64,000 bases of DNA from Candidatus Babeliales bacterium. Its GTDB lineage: Bacteria; Babelota; Babeliae; Babelales; Vermiphilaceae. The notes below the pieces were generated by a model. It was given only the letters and a program-made list of their open reading frames with translations. It did no database searches and was not told where the DNA came from. Position numbers and translations under genes: made by a program. Shown one piece after another: positions 9,914-21,801 of this stretch; position 1 is the first letter of the stretch; the number at the start of each line of letters is the position of its first letter. The stretch is taken from NCBI GenBank assembly GCA_963743635.1, contig CAVUQO010000003.1, positions 1 to 64,000 of the forward strand, in the 5' to 3' direction.

Positions 9914-11163
9914 TTAGAAATCTACCGCAAGTATAAAGCCGACGGTTGTTGCCTGAATTGAACGTTGACCATTGAACGGCATTTTTCCAAATACAGTCAA
10001 ATATGGCTTACAGCGAACATCTGGTGAAATATGTTCCGCGAAATCGTAATTCAAACTAGCGATGATATTATGCATGGTATAGCTCTGCAACGATTCAGCC
10101 ATATTGGCGACAAGATTCGAATAACAGTTTCCAAAGAGAGATATTTCATCTTCCCCATGTCTTATAAACTGATAGTCAACTTTCAATGAAAGAGCGCGTA
10201 CTATTTTTATAAAATCGATATATAAGTTGAACTGTTGCGTAAGACCCCAGTCAATATGAGCCTCTGCTTTTTGCAAAAATAATAAATCAGTTTGAAAGCG
10301 ATTTGTTTTGATGCGTCGAAGGCGTGTATTATCAAAAAAGTGAGTGAGTTCAATATCAAAGCCTGCGCGTAATGCGTCAACCAACGTGACCCGCAGACCA
10401 CCCGCGAAAATCACACCTACAGAACCATCATTGCCGTATGGAATAGCAAGAATTTTATTTTCATCGCGCTTTAGGCCAGTCGGCAAACTCAGCGCAACCC
10501 GTCCATCAATATCAACATTTTTTAGTAATGGTTTTCCTTGAGGGAATGCTTTCATCCACTCGAGCATCAGTACCAAATCGCCAAGACCTGTGCGATCCCA
10601 TCCCAGAATATCAAGGCCGCAGCCAAGTTCTTTTACATTGCACACAAAATTGTCAGTCAATCGCTCTTTAACGATCAAATCTTGATCAGTGACATCAACC
10701 GTCAAATCACGCCAACAAACATCATGCAGCCCCATTTTATACATGGGTAAGTAAGCGGCCAAAGAAAGGTTGTAGGGGAAATTATAGCGAGCGCTAAAAC
10801 CAAGACCAAAATCATACTCAAACTTGCCTGATGCGCAGAAATGTCCTCGTGTGCCATTATCTAATTCGATCGGTATTCCTATTTTGCCCGCTTCTGAATC
10901 TGGGGAAAAACCAGCAAGCTCGCAATCGCATTTTGTTCAAACGTATAAATTTGAAGTGGATTGCTTGTCACTTTCTCTTCATCAAAAGCTTTAGTGTGAC
11001 CAACTCCTTTTTCAAAATACACACCAATTTGCAATGAATAGGGAATATTTCGGTAAATAGGTCTCCATGGCCAATTATGCGGCTTGATTGCGTTCATGCC
11101 ATAGGCAGATGAAACCGCACTCAACATAAAAAGCACTAATAGCTGACGTGTGTAGTGTATCAT
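9914..11163 (-). CDS. Putative outer-membrane beta-barrel/secreted protein, frameshifted near 10880-10930
   Basis: ORF 10879..11163 (signal peptide) and ORF 9914..10762 are collinear; C-terminus GFILAVDF resembles a beta-signal. Confidence 0.55.
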
Positions 11164-11192
11164 TGTAGTTATTTCCTTACTGCTGAATAATC

Positions 11193-14031
11193 TTATTCAT
11201 TGATTTTGATGCCAAAATCTCCGGCAACAAGCCAACTTCCAGATGTCGATGAACGAAGTATCGGACCAATCAATGTGGCATTGCCATTATCGAGCACAAT
11301 TGAAGACCCATTCCTAAAGCTCCGTGTTTTGACATAGGGAGAAATAGATAAATATTTACTAATACTTTGCAACGCAATCGCTCCGTCGGTCATGAACGTT
11401 GATCGATATCCCAGGATAGGTGATAAATGAACTATTAAAGCCCTCAATATCCCCATCTGGCAACGGCAAAATGGTTGTATCATCAATGGGAGTTGTGCTG
11501 ACATCTTTAACTGAAAACCTATTTATGCGTGCACGATTTGATCCGAGATAAGCACTCAATAATTGAACCATTCCGCCATTGTCGCGCGCAAAATCTACTG
11601 GATTACCGGTTGTGGAAGCTATGATAAATTGTTGCGGAGGCACCACGCCAGTTGGTACCGGAACGAGAGTCCAATATTTATTATCATCGGTAGTAACAGC
11701 AGAAATATCATTGCCATTCGATGTGCGGAATAAACCTTTTGATGTCGCAATTAATCCAAGCTTCCCTGAAACCGCCCATCAAGAATGGTATCATTTTTAT
11801 CAAATACTAAACTGAGTTGTGATGCAACGGTTGTTGCAGTGAATGTAGGCGCCGTTGAAAGATCAATGCGATCAATGCGTTTTGCGCTTACTACATATAA
11901 GAAATTGCCATCAACAATCAATCTGCGTACAAATGAATAATCGCCGAGTGTTTTAAATGCCATACCATTCGTAAGGCCGGCAAAGTTTGGTCCTAAACCG
12001 CTTGCAGTATTCCAGCCAGAACCATCGGGTGCAGTAAGTACTGCTAATCCGCGTGAACCACCTACAAATAAATAACCTTCCTGTATTGAATCCCTATTGC
12101 GAAGCGGTATTGTATTGACGCCGATTGCTGCAGTCACTACCGGTCCAACTGCATTGAGCGCGCCGCCCTGAATAGTAAGAGACAAACTTGATCCGGTAAT
12201 AGTTTCTGAGATAGTACCGTTTTCAAACGTCAATGGATCAGTGGTATAACCACTCGTGTGAGGGCATTGCTGATCTCCTTGCGTAGAACCAGTTTCTAAG
12301 AGCGTTACGCTGTTATTACCGCCCGCAATTAATAATGATATGCCATTAAGTCCTGGCGTATTGAATGGTAGATCAACCAATCCTTGTACCCCACCTTTAA
12401 TAAGTGTGTAAGTACTATTAATTTGCGTTGCTAAACTACCAAGACCTGGATCACTCCCAACGCCCCATGTGGTGCGATTGATCGTATTAATTGAAGTATA
12501 ACTATCGCCGGTAAAATAGGTAATATTTCCTGAATCAACGGAAAGTTCTACACGGAATACGGGTTCGGTGACGCCGCCGATGTGCTGCCATGGAGTCCAC
12601 GCTTTAATCACTCCGTTTTCATCAAAGAGGGCTTGGGAAATAAACATACCTGTTTTACATGCATTATAATATCCAGAAGCTTCGCTGACACTTACAATAA
12701 CCGCATCATTACTCACAATCATCGATTCAATAGTGCCTTGGAAAATGGCTCCACCACCCACTTGCACTGCAACGTCAGTTGAACGTGGCGTCTGAGAAGG
12801 CGTTGTTGCTGGCTGCGTAAAACGTCTACGCATAAAACGAGATGGCTCAAAGCCATCATAGAATGTATAGATCGGAGAACTTTTGCTCGCTAAAACCCCA
12901 TGAATAGTTTGATCTACTACGCTCCCAAATCGGTTACGAGCGTTAATAATTGGCAATGCATAGACCGTATTTGCAGTCTCTTCGGGGGTGCCATTACCGC
13001 CTTGAACGATAACATATGAAAGGCCTGTTGATGTTTCCATGTTTGCAACGAATTGAATTGAAAGAGGTATCGATGCGCCAAGGCCACCGATAATTTGATC
13101 GCCTGCATCATCAAATGCTGAAGCTGGAGCAAATGGATACAATGTTAGAACGCCATTGAAATGGTTCACATCTACAAGCATAAAGAGATAGAGCGCCATC
13201 ACTGTAATCGCTACCGCCAACAAGCTGGAACCCGACGTAACCACGCTGCACTGCAGCATTCCATTCCATAGCGAGATTATTGGTAATAGAAGTTACCGGA
13301 CTATTGATCTTGATCGCGCTGGAATTATAACTAAAAGGAGCGCCGCCAGTACCTTGCATTAACGTATACACTGTTTTTTTATACGCCGGCTTATCGCCCT
13401 CTGCGGGAAATTCTTGATCTCTTTGTTGAAAGCTGACAGTAGTAAAAGCGCTTCCTGATTCTCCGAAAATTCCCGTATAAGCTGGCGTTAATGCCACAAG
13501 TGCCGCCGACGGCATACCGCCTCGAAAACCAACGAGCCCAACGATTTTGTTTGTTACTTGCATATTTGAATCAAGCAAAGGATTGGATGCGTAAATACTC
13601 ACATGGCTAAAGTTTGCAAAATCTCTGAACAAATAAACTTGTGTTGGATTATCTTCAGGAACCACTAAAGGAGCCGTTCTTGCATCCGTTGTTCTCATTA
13701 AATCGAGCAGCGCGATCCCTTGGTTAAATAAAGGATTCGGCTGATCGGGCACGTTATTGAACATCACGGTTTCAGGAACCAATGGTTGAACTCGGGGTGC
13801 AGTGGGATGAAATCCACTCAATGCAAAAATGTTAGCGCCCGCTTGCCCTGCACCAATGAAAATAACATCATCAATGGGGTCTCGCACTATTTTATTTACG
13901 GGAAATGAGAACGTCGTACCATCGGGAGCATAGTCATCTCCCTTGATAACTTCCGCTGCATTAAGGGAAATTACCGTAATACAACATAATAAACTATGAA
14001 TAATTCGTATTCGGGCTGATAGCAATACCAT
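11193..14031 (-). CDS. Large secreted beta-rich hypothetical protein, broken by several frameshifts
   Basis: Consecutive same-strand ORFs 13111..14031 (signal peptide), 11751..13259, 11359..11646 and 11193..11504 with similar G/T/S-rich composition. Confidence 0.6.
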
Positions 14032-14236
14032 TACTCTGACGCCTTTACCAAAAGAAGATATCTACTTATATGCAACGTAATAGCTTAGGCAATTTTTTAA
14101 AAAGCACCACCAAAAAAATAAGCCCCTACGCTGTCCCTCCACTCCTGGAATAAAGAACTAATTTCCAAATGAATAAATTTGTGTTATATAAATAATAAAG
14201 TATTAAAGATTATCTTAATGGGACACGTGCTTTCTT

Positions 14237-15767
14237 ATGCACTGCACGAATATTTTCTGCGACAACTATTGGCGTTTCGGCTCACTTGGTTAAAGTTGAA
14301 GTTGATGTATCGTTTGGATTAGTTAATTTTTATATTGTTGGACTTCCTGATACTACGATAAAAGAAAGCAGCAAGCGCATTTCAACCGCACTCAAAAATA
14401 GTGGTGTTCGGCTTCCCTGTAAAAAAAATTACCGTCAATCTTGCTCCAGCCGACTTAAAAAAAGAAGGAACGCTTTTTGATTTACCCATTGCACTAGGCA
14501 TTTTGCTAGCTACTAAACATCTTGAAATTGATACACACATTCTGAAGAAACGCTTTTCTAGGAGAACTTTCTCTTGATGGCAGTATGACGCATTAAAGGC
14601 GCACTCGCTATTGCCTATGATGCCAAAAATTTGGCAAAAAAAGAATCATACTGCCAAAAGCGAATGCGCAAGAAGCTTCATTAATTAAAGAGATCGAAGT
14701 TATTGGCGTCGACATATTACTGAACTCATCGCGTATTTGCGCAATGAATGCCCAATCGCGCCAACACCAGTATGCACGATGTCATCGCACAAACAAAATA
14801 AATAGCGCGTACATCGATTTTGATCAAGTAAAAGGACAATTACAGGCAAAGCGAGCACTGCAAATTGCTGCAGCCGGCAGACATAATATTTTATTTATTG
14901 GTCCCCCAGGCTCGGGCAAAACAATGCTTGCAAAACGATTACCCACCATTATGCCTCCCATGACGTTTCGTGAAATACTAGAAACAAGTAAAATTTATTC
15001 GGTCAGTGGCAAATTGGGCAATAAACCGCTCATTACCGAACGTCCATTCCGAAATCCCCACCACACCATTTCTCAAGCAGGACTTGTTGGCGGTGGATCC
15101 TATCCACAACCGGGTGAAATCAGTTTGGCTCATCATGGCATTTTATTTCTTGATGAACTCACTGAATTCAAACGAAATACCCTTGAAGTATTACGCCAAC
15201 CACTTGAACAAAAAATAGTATCTATTTCACGCGTGCAACAATCGATAGAATTTCCTGCATCGTTCTTACTGGTCGCAGCATTCAATCCATGCCCATGCGG
15301 ATTTTTGGGTGATAAAAAACGAACTTGCTACTGCACGCAGCACAAATTAAGAAATATATTGAAAAACTTTCAGGGCCCCTTACTTGATCGTATTGATTTG
15401 CAAATCAATGTGCAATCAGTTGAGTATGATACCATTAAAGCACCACATTTTGATCCGAAAACTCTGAACAAATGTATGAACGGGTTAAACGGCCGTTGAG
15501 ATGCAATATAAACGACGCGCAAACTGGAATGCGTATCTCAACTCGGATCAGATCGATACATATTGCGTACTGACTCCTGGCAGCAGAAGCTGTTATCAAA
15601 AAAGCATTTGAAAAGCTCAACTTGAGCATGCGAGGGTATCATAAAATATTAAAAGTAGCCCGCACTATTGCAGATCTTGATGTCCACGAGATATCGATGT
15701 GCCTCATATTCAAGAAGCTATTATGTATCGATCACTTGATCAAACACTTGGAAAAAATCGCGTATGA
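14237..15767 (+). CDS. comM: YifB/ComM Mg-chelatase-like AAA+ ATPase (multiple frameshifts)
   Basis: [10 protein letters not shown]...[17 protein letters not shown] (shifted frame), [58 protein letters not shown]. Confidence 0.9.
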
Positions 15768-16169
15768 TTCTGGGCATTGGCATTGATTCAGTAGAAATAG
15801 CGCGCATTGACTCCATGGGCTACAGTTTCCTCACACGCAGCTTATGCGCATCTTTCACCCCGACGAAATAGCCTATTGCTTCCAATCACCCCTCAAAACT
15901 GCCGAACGGCTCGCGGCACGATTTGCAGCGCGAGAGGCCTGCTTTAAAGCCTTGGCTCCCCACTGCAATTCCCCCTTGCCATTTTTAACCTTATGCAAGG
16001 CTGTTTATATAAAGAACCAACCTTCGGGCGCCCCTCGAATTGCTTATTGACTGGGATTTTCTTGAGGATAAAGGCCACTTCAAACCTGAACACCCACTGA
16101 AGCGTCCACCTCTCATTGACCCATACCCATAGCCAGGCCACTGCCATAGTAATACTAGAATATCGATAA
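15764..16169 (+). CDS. acpS: Holo-ACP synthase (frameshifted)
   Basis: [15 protein letters not shown] at 15764; [24 protein letters not shown] near the end. Confidence 0.85.
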
Positions 16170-16230
16170 ACCCCACACCACTCGATTATCTTTTACCAGG
16201 TTAAATTCACTCTATATATAGGCATTTCGT

Positions 16231-16258
16231 TTGACAATCCCCTGAAAAAGGTTAGGCT
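16231..16258 (+). promoter_or_regulatory. Putative sigma70 promoter for tRNA-fMet
   Basis: TTGACA-16bp-TAGGCT about 60 bp upstream of the tRNA. Confidence 0.5.
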
Positions 16259-16320
16259 TAGAACTGAATTTACCATTCTCAAGTCATATTTCTTATGACT
16301 TTATCGATTAGATAATTTAT

Positions 16321-16397
<77 letters not shown>

Positions 16398-16550
16398 ATC
16401 CGCCGACGCGCAAGCGCTATGGCGTGACAGGTCCGCCTTCATAATCGCGCTCGCCACATGGCAGGACCAAAAAACTTTTCCCAAACACCCCAATCCGAAT
16501 ACGAACTGACGGGCAATAGTCACCTACTTTTTCTTGTACTAGAATGAAGC

Positions 16551-16576
16551 ATACAACGGGTTGAACCCCGTTGTAT
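16551..16576. terminator. Hairpin downstream of tRNA
   Basis: ATACAACGGG-ttgaac-CCCGTTGTAT. Confidence 0.5.
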
Positions 16577-16694
16577 CGCACAAAAATTAACTAGACCCAG
16601 GCTACGCTAATACTTCGACGTGTCCGAAGAAGCCCATAGGGCGAAGACGGAAGTTATAACCTCAGGAAGTGTTTTGCTTCGTCGGGATTCTCAT

Positions 16695-16740
16695 TCGCTT
16701 TCATCCACGCGCTGAAGCACGTGGTATTCCGCGAGATAAA
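16695..16740. mobile_element. Possible IS200/IS605-like end hairpin remnant
   Basis: TTCATCCACGCGCTGAAGCACGTGGTATTCCGCG resembles subterminal hairpins of this family; no transposase nearby. Confidence 0.3.
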
Positions 16741-16823
16741 AATAAAAAAAATTTTGCATATTCTGATCATTTATATACACTATTTCTAAACAGTATTAAT
16801 TTTAAATTAATTTTTTGGGGATT

Positions 16824-17204
16824 ATGAAACACGTATATACCGGGATTCGCATCTATATACTGATTTTCATCTTTTCTTCCTCATGTGACGCCTTACTTGA
16901 CATCACATCCTCAAAATGCCTATGAACAACTGCAAGAGCACCTAGGCTCAAAATTGTCTGGCAACTTAATCTTCACTAATGTATCAAACCGATATCATCA
17001 ACAAGCCCCTACGCAAAGGGGAACTCATTTGTGTTAACCAAGATAATAGTTTTGTATACGCCCTCGTGCATACCCCTTTTGATGATGGATCATGTATAGG
17101 TACTTACCAGCCTTACGCGAGGCGGATCTACTACTATGTACAAACAATATAAAATTGTGCGATTTTCACCACCACTCGTTCTTCAGGAACAGGAACTATC
17201 AATA
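16824..17204 (+). pseudogene. Frameshifted small secreted-protein gene
   Basis: MKHVYTGIRIYILIFIFSSSCDA leader after GGGG, followed by open stretches in shifting frames. Confidence 0.3.
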
Positions 17205-17308
17205 ATGGAGCAATTTTTGAACAAATAAAGATCTATTATCTAGTTATTGAAAACCAAACTTTTTATACTTATCACTATAAATCTATTGTATACCTACTTG
17301 GAGGTTTC

Positions 17309-18223
17309 ATGATTGCGTTAATTGTATTCTTGCAGGCATTGTTTGCAATAGTCTTTCCCCTGGGAAAGATGTCACTCGCCTATGCAGGACCATTTTTCTT
17401 AGTCGGCTTACGCATGATTATCGCAGGGGCAATCCTTCTTATTTATCAATTTTTCGCTGACCGCAAGCACTTTGTTTTTTATAAAAAAGATTTGATACCG
17501 CTTATATTGCTTTCTATTTTTAATATCTACATCACCAATTCGTTTGAATTTTGGGGACTACAATATCTCAATTCGGCAAAGGCTTGTTTTATCTACAACC
17601 TCACCCCATTCATTGATGCCCTCATCTCCTATTTCATGTTTAATGAGAAAATGACCACCAAAAAATTCATCGGGCTTTCAATAGGGTTTCTCGGATTTAT
17701 ACCTATTATTTATTTTCAGGGTGGTGGTGAAGTGGATCTACCGCATATTGGTTGGTTCTCTTACGCAGAAATTGCCGTTATCATTGCAGCAATTACGATG
17801 GCTGTGGGTTGGATAATTATGCGAACATTCTCACGCAATCCTCACTACTCAATTATTACCGTGAACGCACTCAGTATGGTGATTGGGGGATTGATGTCTT
17901 TGGGACATTCTGGATTGGTGGAATCTTGGAAACCTTCCCCTTATACCGCATTTATTCCTATGATGGCACTCACGCTTATTATCGCGTTTATCCAGAATAT
18001 CATTTGCTACAATTTGTATGCCTGGCTTCTGCGCCGTTATAGCTCGACACTGATATCATTCATTGGTTTCACTATGCCGTTATTTGGCGCTCTTTTTGCT
18101 TGGTTCATGCTTGGTGAAATAGTCACCTGGGATTTTTATTTTGCCGGCATTATCGTTTCAATCGGTCTGACCATGTACTATCAGGAAGAGCTTAGACTGG
18201 GTTACGTTGTGGATGTTGATTAG
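17309..18223 (+). CDS. DMT/EamA family transporter
   Basis: About 10 TM helices in two EamA-like halves; GGAGG RBS. Confidence 0.9.
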   Translation: MIALIVFLQALFAIVFPLGKMSLAYAGPFFLVGLRMIIAGAILLIYQFFADRKHFVFYKKDLIPLILLSIFNIYITNSFEFWGLQYLNSAKACFIYNLTPFIDALISYFMFNEKMTTKKFIGLSIGFLGFIPIIYFQGGGEVDLPHIGWFSYAEIAVIIAAITMAVGWIIMRTFSRNPHYSIITVNALSMVIGGLMSLGHSGLVESWKPSPYTAFIPMMALTLIIAFIQNIICYNLYAWLLRRYSSTLISFIGFTMPLFGALFAWFMLGEIVTWDFYFAGIIVSIGLTMYYQEELRLGYVVDVD

Positions 18224-18234
18224 GCATCGCGTTA

Positions 18235-18660
18235 TCAACGACCCTCATGCTCTTTTATAAAAGCATGCGCTTTTTTAAGGACCGCTCGCCCTGTATCAAA
18301 CGTCATCTTGCTATATGCCTCATTATAACGCAGCCACACATAATCTTTATGTTCATCAGAAAGAGTCACCTGTTCATCGTGCACGCGGCCTAGGAAAAAG
18401 AATACGGTTTTCTTGGCACGCTCTCCCGAACGATCAACAAATGTATACTCAATCGAATCTTCAAACCCCTCTTGCAAGGAAGTGTTTAACCCCGCCTCTT
18501 CATGTAATTCACGCAATGCCGCCTCTTCCTTTGTCTCACCAGGCTCAATTTTCCCCTTTGGAAAATCCCAATGCCCGACAATGTGATGCAAGAGTAAATA
18601 TTCGATAGCATTATTCTCAATGCGATAAATAACAACTCCCGCTGACATAATTTCATGCAT
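18235..18660 (-). CDS. NUDIX hydrolase (Ap4A hydrolase-like)
   Basis: Nudix box GKIEPGETKEEAALRELHEEAG; HWDFPKG; LSDEH. Confidence 0.9.
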   Translation of the reverse strand: MHEIMSAGVVIYRIENNAIEYLLLHHIVGHWDFPKGKIEPGETKEEAALRELHEEAGLNTSLQEGFEDSIEYTFVDRSGERAKKTVFFFLGRVHDEQVTLSDEHKDYVWLRYNEAYSKMTFDTGRAVLKKAHAFIKEHEGR

Positions 18661-18826
18661 ACTTGCATCCCTTCTTTAAATTACTGATTTTTATAAGTCT
18701 AGCGGAATATGGTAAAGCGTAAAACAATCTCATCTCGTTTTGGGAAACTGAAGTCAAGCACTGGTATTCAAGCTCAATACAAAAATTAAGCTAGTTTAAA
18801 ATAATCTCAGGCTCGCAGTTATCGAG

Positions 18827-18857
18827 ACAGCCCTGCCGGAAAAACAGGGCTGTTTTT
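18827..18857 (+). terminator. Intrinsic terminator-like hairpin with T-tract on + strand
   Basis: ACAGCCCTG-ccggaaaaa-CAGGGCTGT-TTTTT. Confidence 0.65.
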
Positions 18858-20500
18858 TAATCGAGAAAATAAATGTGTACGCCGAAATATCTGCGTGTGT
18901 ACCACATAATCAAAAAGAACATAAGGCACAGTGGCCCGACCCAAAGCCAGAACGCAAGGCCTTGCAATAATGAAGCGGAGAATGCAACCGCATAGTGTTC
19001 AATGAACCAGCCGAGCGCGGTATATGCCCCATAAAAAATGGTCCCTATGACTGCTAATTGCCCCGCATAGCGAGCGCAAAATCCTATAAAAGGCGCCAAA
19101 TGAATCTTAAAATGAAACAGATACCGCAAACAGATCACAAATAAAGTCGTTTGCAGCATCCATGAAAGAGATGTTGCCAATGCCAACCCGGTGCCTTGCA
19201 GAGCGCCCATAAGCAGACTATTCAAGATAATATTTGAAACTATCGTCAGTGCGGAAATGATTGCCGGGACCTTGGTATTATGCAGCGCATAGTAAATGTT
19301 TAATAAGATTTTATTAAATGATGCAAAGAAAAGTCCAACCAAAAATGCAATCAAGATCATAGATGCCTCATGAACTTGAAAGATCGTAAATTTCTTTGAA
19401 AGAAACAGTGTTATGAAAACCTTTTCAGCAAAGAAGCCCATCATAAGCGCAACCGGAATTGTTACCCATGCAATGAATTTTGCCGTTTCAAGCAAATAAA
19501 AACTGAGGCGACTCGGCGCATATGCTGATATCCGTGAAAAGTGAGGCAATAAAATGGTGGCAAAGGCGGTGGCAAATACACCCAGAGGAATTCCCATAAA
19601 TCGATTGGCATAATAAATGAGTGATACAGATCCTTCTGGTAAGTATGATGCAAAACTCGTATCGATGAAATTACCAATTTCCATCGCACTCATCGCTATC
19701 ATGACTGGGAAAAATTTCAAAAAAATCTGCCCGAAATAATGCCATGTTTTTGCGGTTATCTTTCCAAAATGGAATCCTAACGTGAGATACATATGAAGAT
19801 GCAGCACAAATTGCAAGAACGTAGCAAGCACAATCATATAAGAAAGAAATGGAGATGAAACCGGAATATCAAGCCATAAACCAATCACTAATCCTGCTAT
19901 AAAAACAATATTCACGAGCACCGGTGAAAATGCCGGAATGAAAAAATGATTAACCGCTTGCAAGGCGCTCGCGAGCAACCAGCTACTCGATATAAAAATA
20001 ATGATGCACATTAAAATGCGTAAAAAAGGAACTGCATACGCAACCTGCTCAAGCGGCTGCCCCAATCCCAACCATGCTGCAGGTAAATGAATTCCCATAA
20101 ATGATGAAGTCGCCTCGCCCGATTCATACCACCCGGGCGCAATCACGCGCATCACTAAATCAGCTTTCCACACCATCAAGAGGCATAAGATGCTCAAAAA
20201 TCCTTGTAAAACCAACATGGAAAGGGACATCACGCCATCAATCTCGCGTTTGTCATCGCGCTTTATCATATGCACAAATGTCGGAATGTAGGCCGCTGAC
20301 AGCGCACCCTCGGCAAAAATTTTGCGCAAAGAATTGGGAATCTTATATGCGGTTAAAAAAGCATCGGAAACAACGCCCGCACCCAAATATCGCACGGTAA
20401 GTACTTCGCGGGCAATACCAAAGGCGCGGCTCAACAATGTTGAGCTCCCGACCGCTGCCGTCTTTTGTAAGATCGATTTTTTATGAAGAGTTGAACTCAT
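18857..20500 (-). CDS. murJ: Lipid II flippase MurJ (MviN)
   Basis: LSRAFGIARE...DAFLTAYKIPNSLRKIFAEGALSAAYIP; YANRFMGIPLGVF; start placed at ATG 20500. Confidence 0.95.
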   Translation of the reverse strand: MSSTLHKKSILQKTAAVGSSTLLSRAFGIAREVLTVRYLGAGVVSDAFLTAYKIPNSLRKIFAEGALSAAYIPTFVHMIKRDDKREIDGVMSLSMLVLQGFLSILCLLMVWKADLVMRVIAPGWYESGEATSSFMGIHLPAAWLGLGQPLEQVAYAVPFLRILMCIIIFISSSWLLASALQAVNHFFIPAFSPVLVNIVFIAGLVIGLWLDIPVSSPFLSYMIVLATFLQFVLHLHMYLTLGFHFGKITAKTWHYFGQIFLKFFPVMIAMSAMEIGNFIDTSFASYLPEGSVSLIYYANRFMGIPLGVFATAFATILLPHFSRISAYAPSRLSFYLLETAKFIAWVTIPVALMMGFFAEKVFITLFLSKKFTIFQVHEASMILIAFLVGLFFASFNKILLNIYYALHNTKVPAIISALTIVSNIILNSLLMGALQGTGLALATSLSWMLQTTLFVICLRYLFHFKIHLAPFIGFCARYAGQLAVIGTIFYGAYTALGWFIEHYAVAFSASLLQGLAFWLWVGPLCLMFFLIMWYTRRYFGVHIYFLD

Positions 20501-20577
20501 GGAGATCTCCGTGTGGAAATTAAGTTTACTCCGCATCCTTCGCCACATTGTTCATTTTTAGCAAGCTAAAAAATGCC

Positions 20578-20770
20578 CAACACTCAGGACGAACGGAGAA
20601 GAAAGATTAAATTTATATGTACTAAATATTGTTATAAGGAAATATATAATAGATTTTATACCTATAGCTTGAAGCGCTTTCCCCCAAACATAAACCCTCT
20701 TCTCCGCTCGTCCTGATCCTGAGTTTAGCGAACAATGAATCGAAGATGAGGAACGTGGCGAAGGATACAG
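20578..20770. repeat. REP-like palindromic repeat modules
   Basis: CACTCAGGACGAACGGAG (20581) and CCGCTCGTCCTGATCCTGAG...GCGAAGGAT (20704-20766) match modules at 25308-25535 and 43408-43520. Confidence 0.75.
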
Positions 20771-20832
20771 AGTAAGATGAGGCACGTATTTAACAATTAG
20801 TTTCCAATCATTTTGAATTTGCGGGCAAACCC

Positions 20833-21510
20833 TCACACAGATAATCTGCCATCGTGCAAAGTATACACGGTATCCATTTTCTGCGCCACGTATGCATCAT
20901 GAGAACTCATAATGAGCCCCATGCCCCACTCGGCATGACATTCAAGTAAGAAGTCAACGATGCCCACGCCCGTTTTTTCGTCGAGATTCCCGGTCGGCTC
21001 ATCAGCGAGTAAAAAGAGCGGCTTATTACTCAATGCCCGTATAATTGCAATTCGTTGTTGTTGCCCGCCCGAAAGACTCGAAGGGCGCGCCTCACTTTTC
21101 TCCTGCAGCCCGACACGTTGCAATAATGAAGCGGCATGGGCATGGGCCCGCTCGTAGTCAATGCCCCCTACCAGTTGCGGCATCATAATATTTTCAATAA
21201 CCGATAGCTCCTTAATAAGGTAGGGTTGCTGGAAGACCAAACCCAACTGTTCATTCCGAACCATGATGAGTTGAGCATCAGACATATCTGCAAACGAAAC
21301 ATTATTGAGCGTTACCGTGCCCTTGGATGGGGCATCGAGCCCGGCAATAATATGCAATAAGGTGGATTTACCGGCGCCGGAAACTCCCGTAATCGCATAA
21401 GTGCCCCCCTGTTTAAAGCTCACATTCACGTCGCTCAACACAGCCTGCTCATTATCCCCTTGTTTAAACCATTTTGAAATATTATGCGCAACTAAGGTTC
21501 CATTTTTCAT
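20833..21510 (-). CDS. ABC transporter ATP-binding protein, LolD-like
   Basis: [39 protein letters not shown]; start placed at ATG 21510. Confidence 0.9.
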   Translation of the reverse strand: MKNGTLVAHNISKWFKQGDNEQAVLSDVNVSFKQGGTYAITGVSGAGKSTLLHIIAGLDAPSKGTVTLNNVSFADMSDAQLIMVRNEQLGLVFQQPYLIKELSVIENIMMPQLVGGIDYERAHAHAASLLQRVGLQEKSEARPSSLSGGQQQRIAIIRALSNKPLFLLADEPTGNLDEKTGVGIVDFLLECHAEWGMGLIMSSHDAYVAQKMDTVYTLHDGRLSV

Positions 21511-21801
21511 ATAAAAATCCTTTTTTAGATCTCGAAATATCAGAATCAGTATACCATGGTCGGTTATTATTCTAAACGCGGGGCCAAAATAAAAAAACAA
21601 ATTCATTTCATTTCTAATAGACCATGAACTTTTTAAATAGAGATCGTAATTCTCTTTTATCATAAGCAACTTTTTCCTCACTTGTGTCATAATGCTTGTC
21701 TTTATACAAATTTCTTACGTAGACTGGTTTCAAGGGAAAAAGGACACACCATGAGATGGTGCGCCCAGGGGAGATGTAGCAAAACAAAGGGGGGAAGTTA
21801 T

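Noticed and set aside
14237..16169. True pseudogenes of comM and acpS, or programmed frameshifting in atpD and gspD
   Set aside because: Indels are clustered, often in homopolymers, with otherwise intact motifs; sequencing error is more parsimonious, pending reads.
20558..20836. 92-aa ORF between murJ and lolD-like gene
   Set aside because: Translates through palindromic repeat modules; likewise ORFs 33015..33239, 43912..44202 and 43930..44115.
21690..21800. CIRCE heat-shock operator upstream of lon (or clpB)
   Set aside because: No TTAGCACTC-N9-GAGTGCTAA match; only a small CACCAT-gag-ATGGTG hairpin of unknown meaning.
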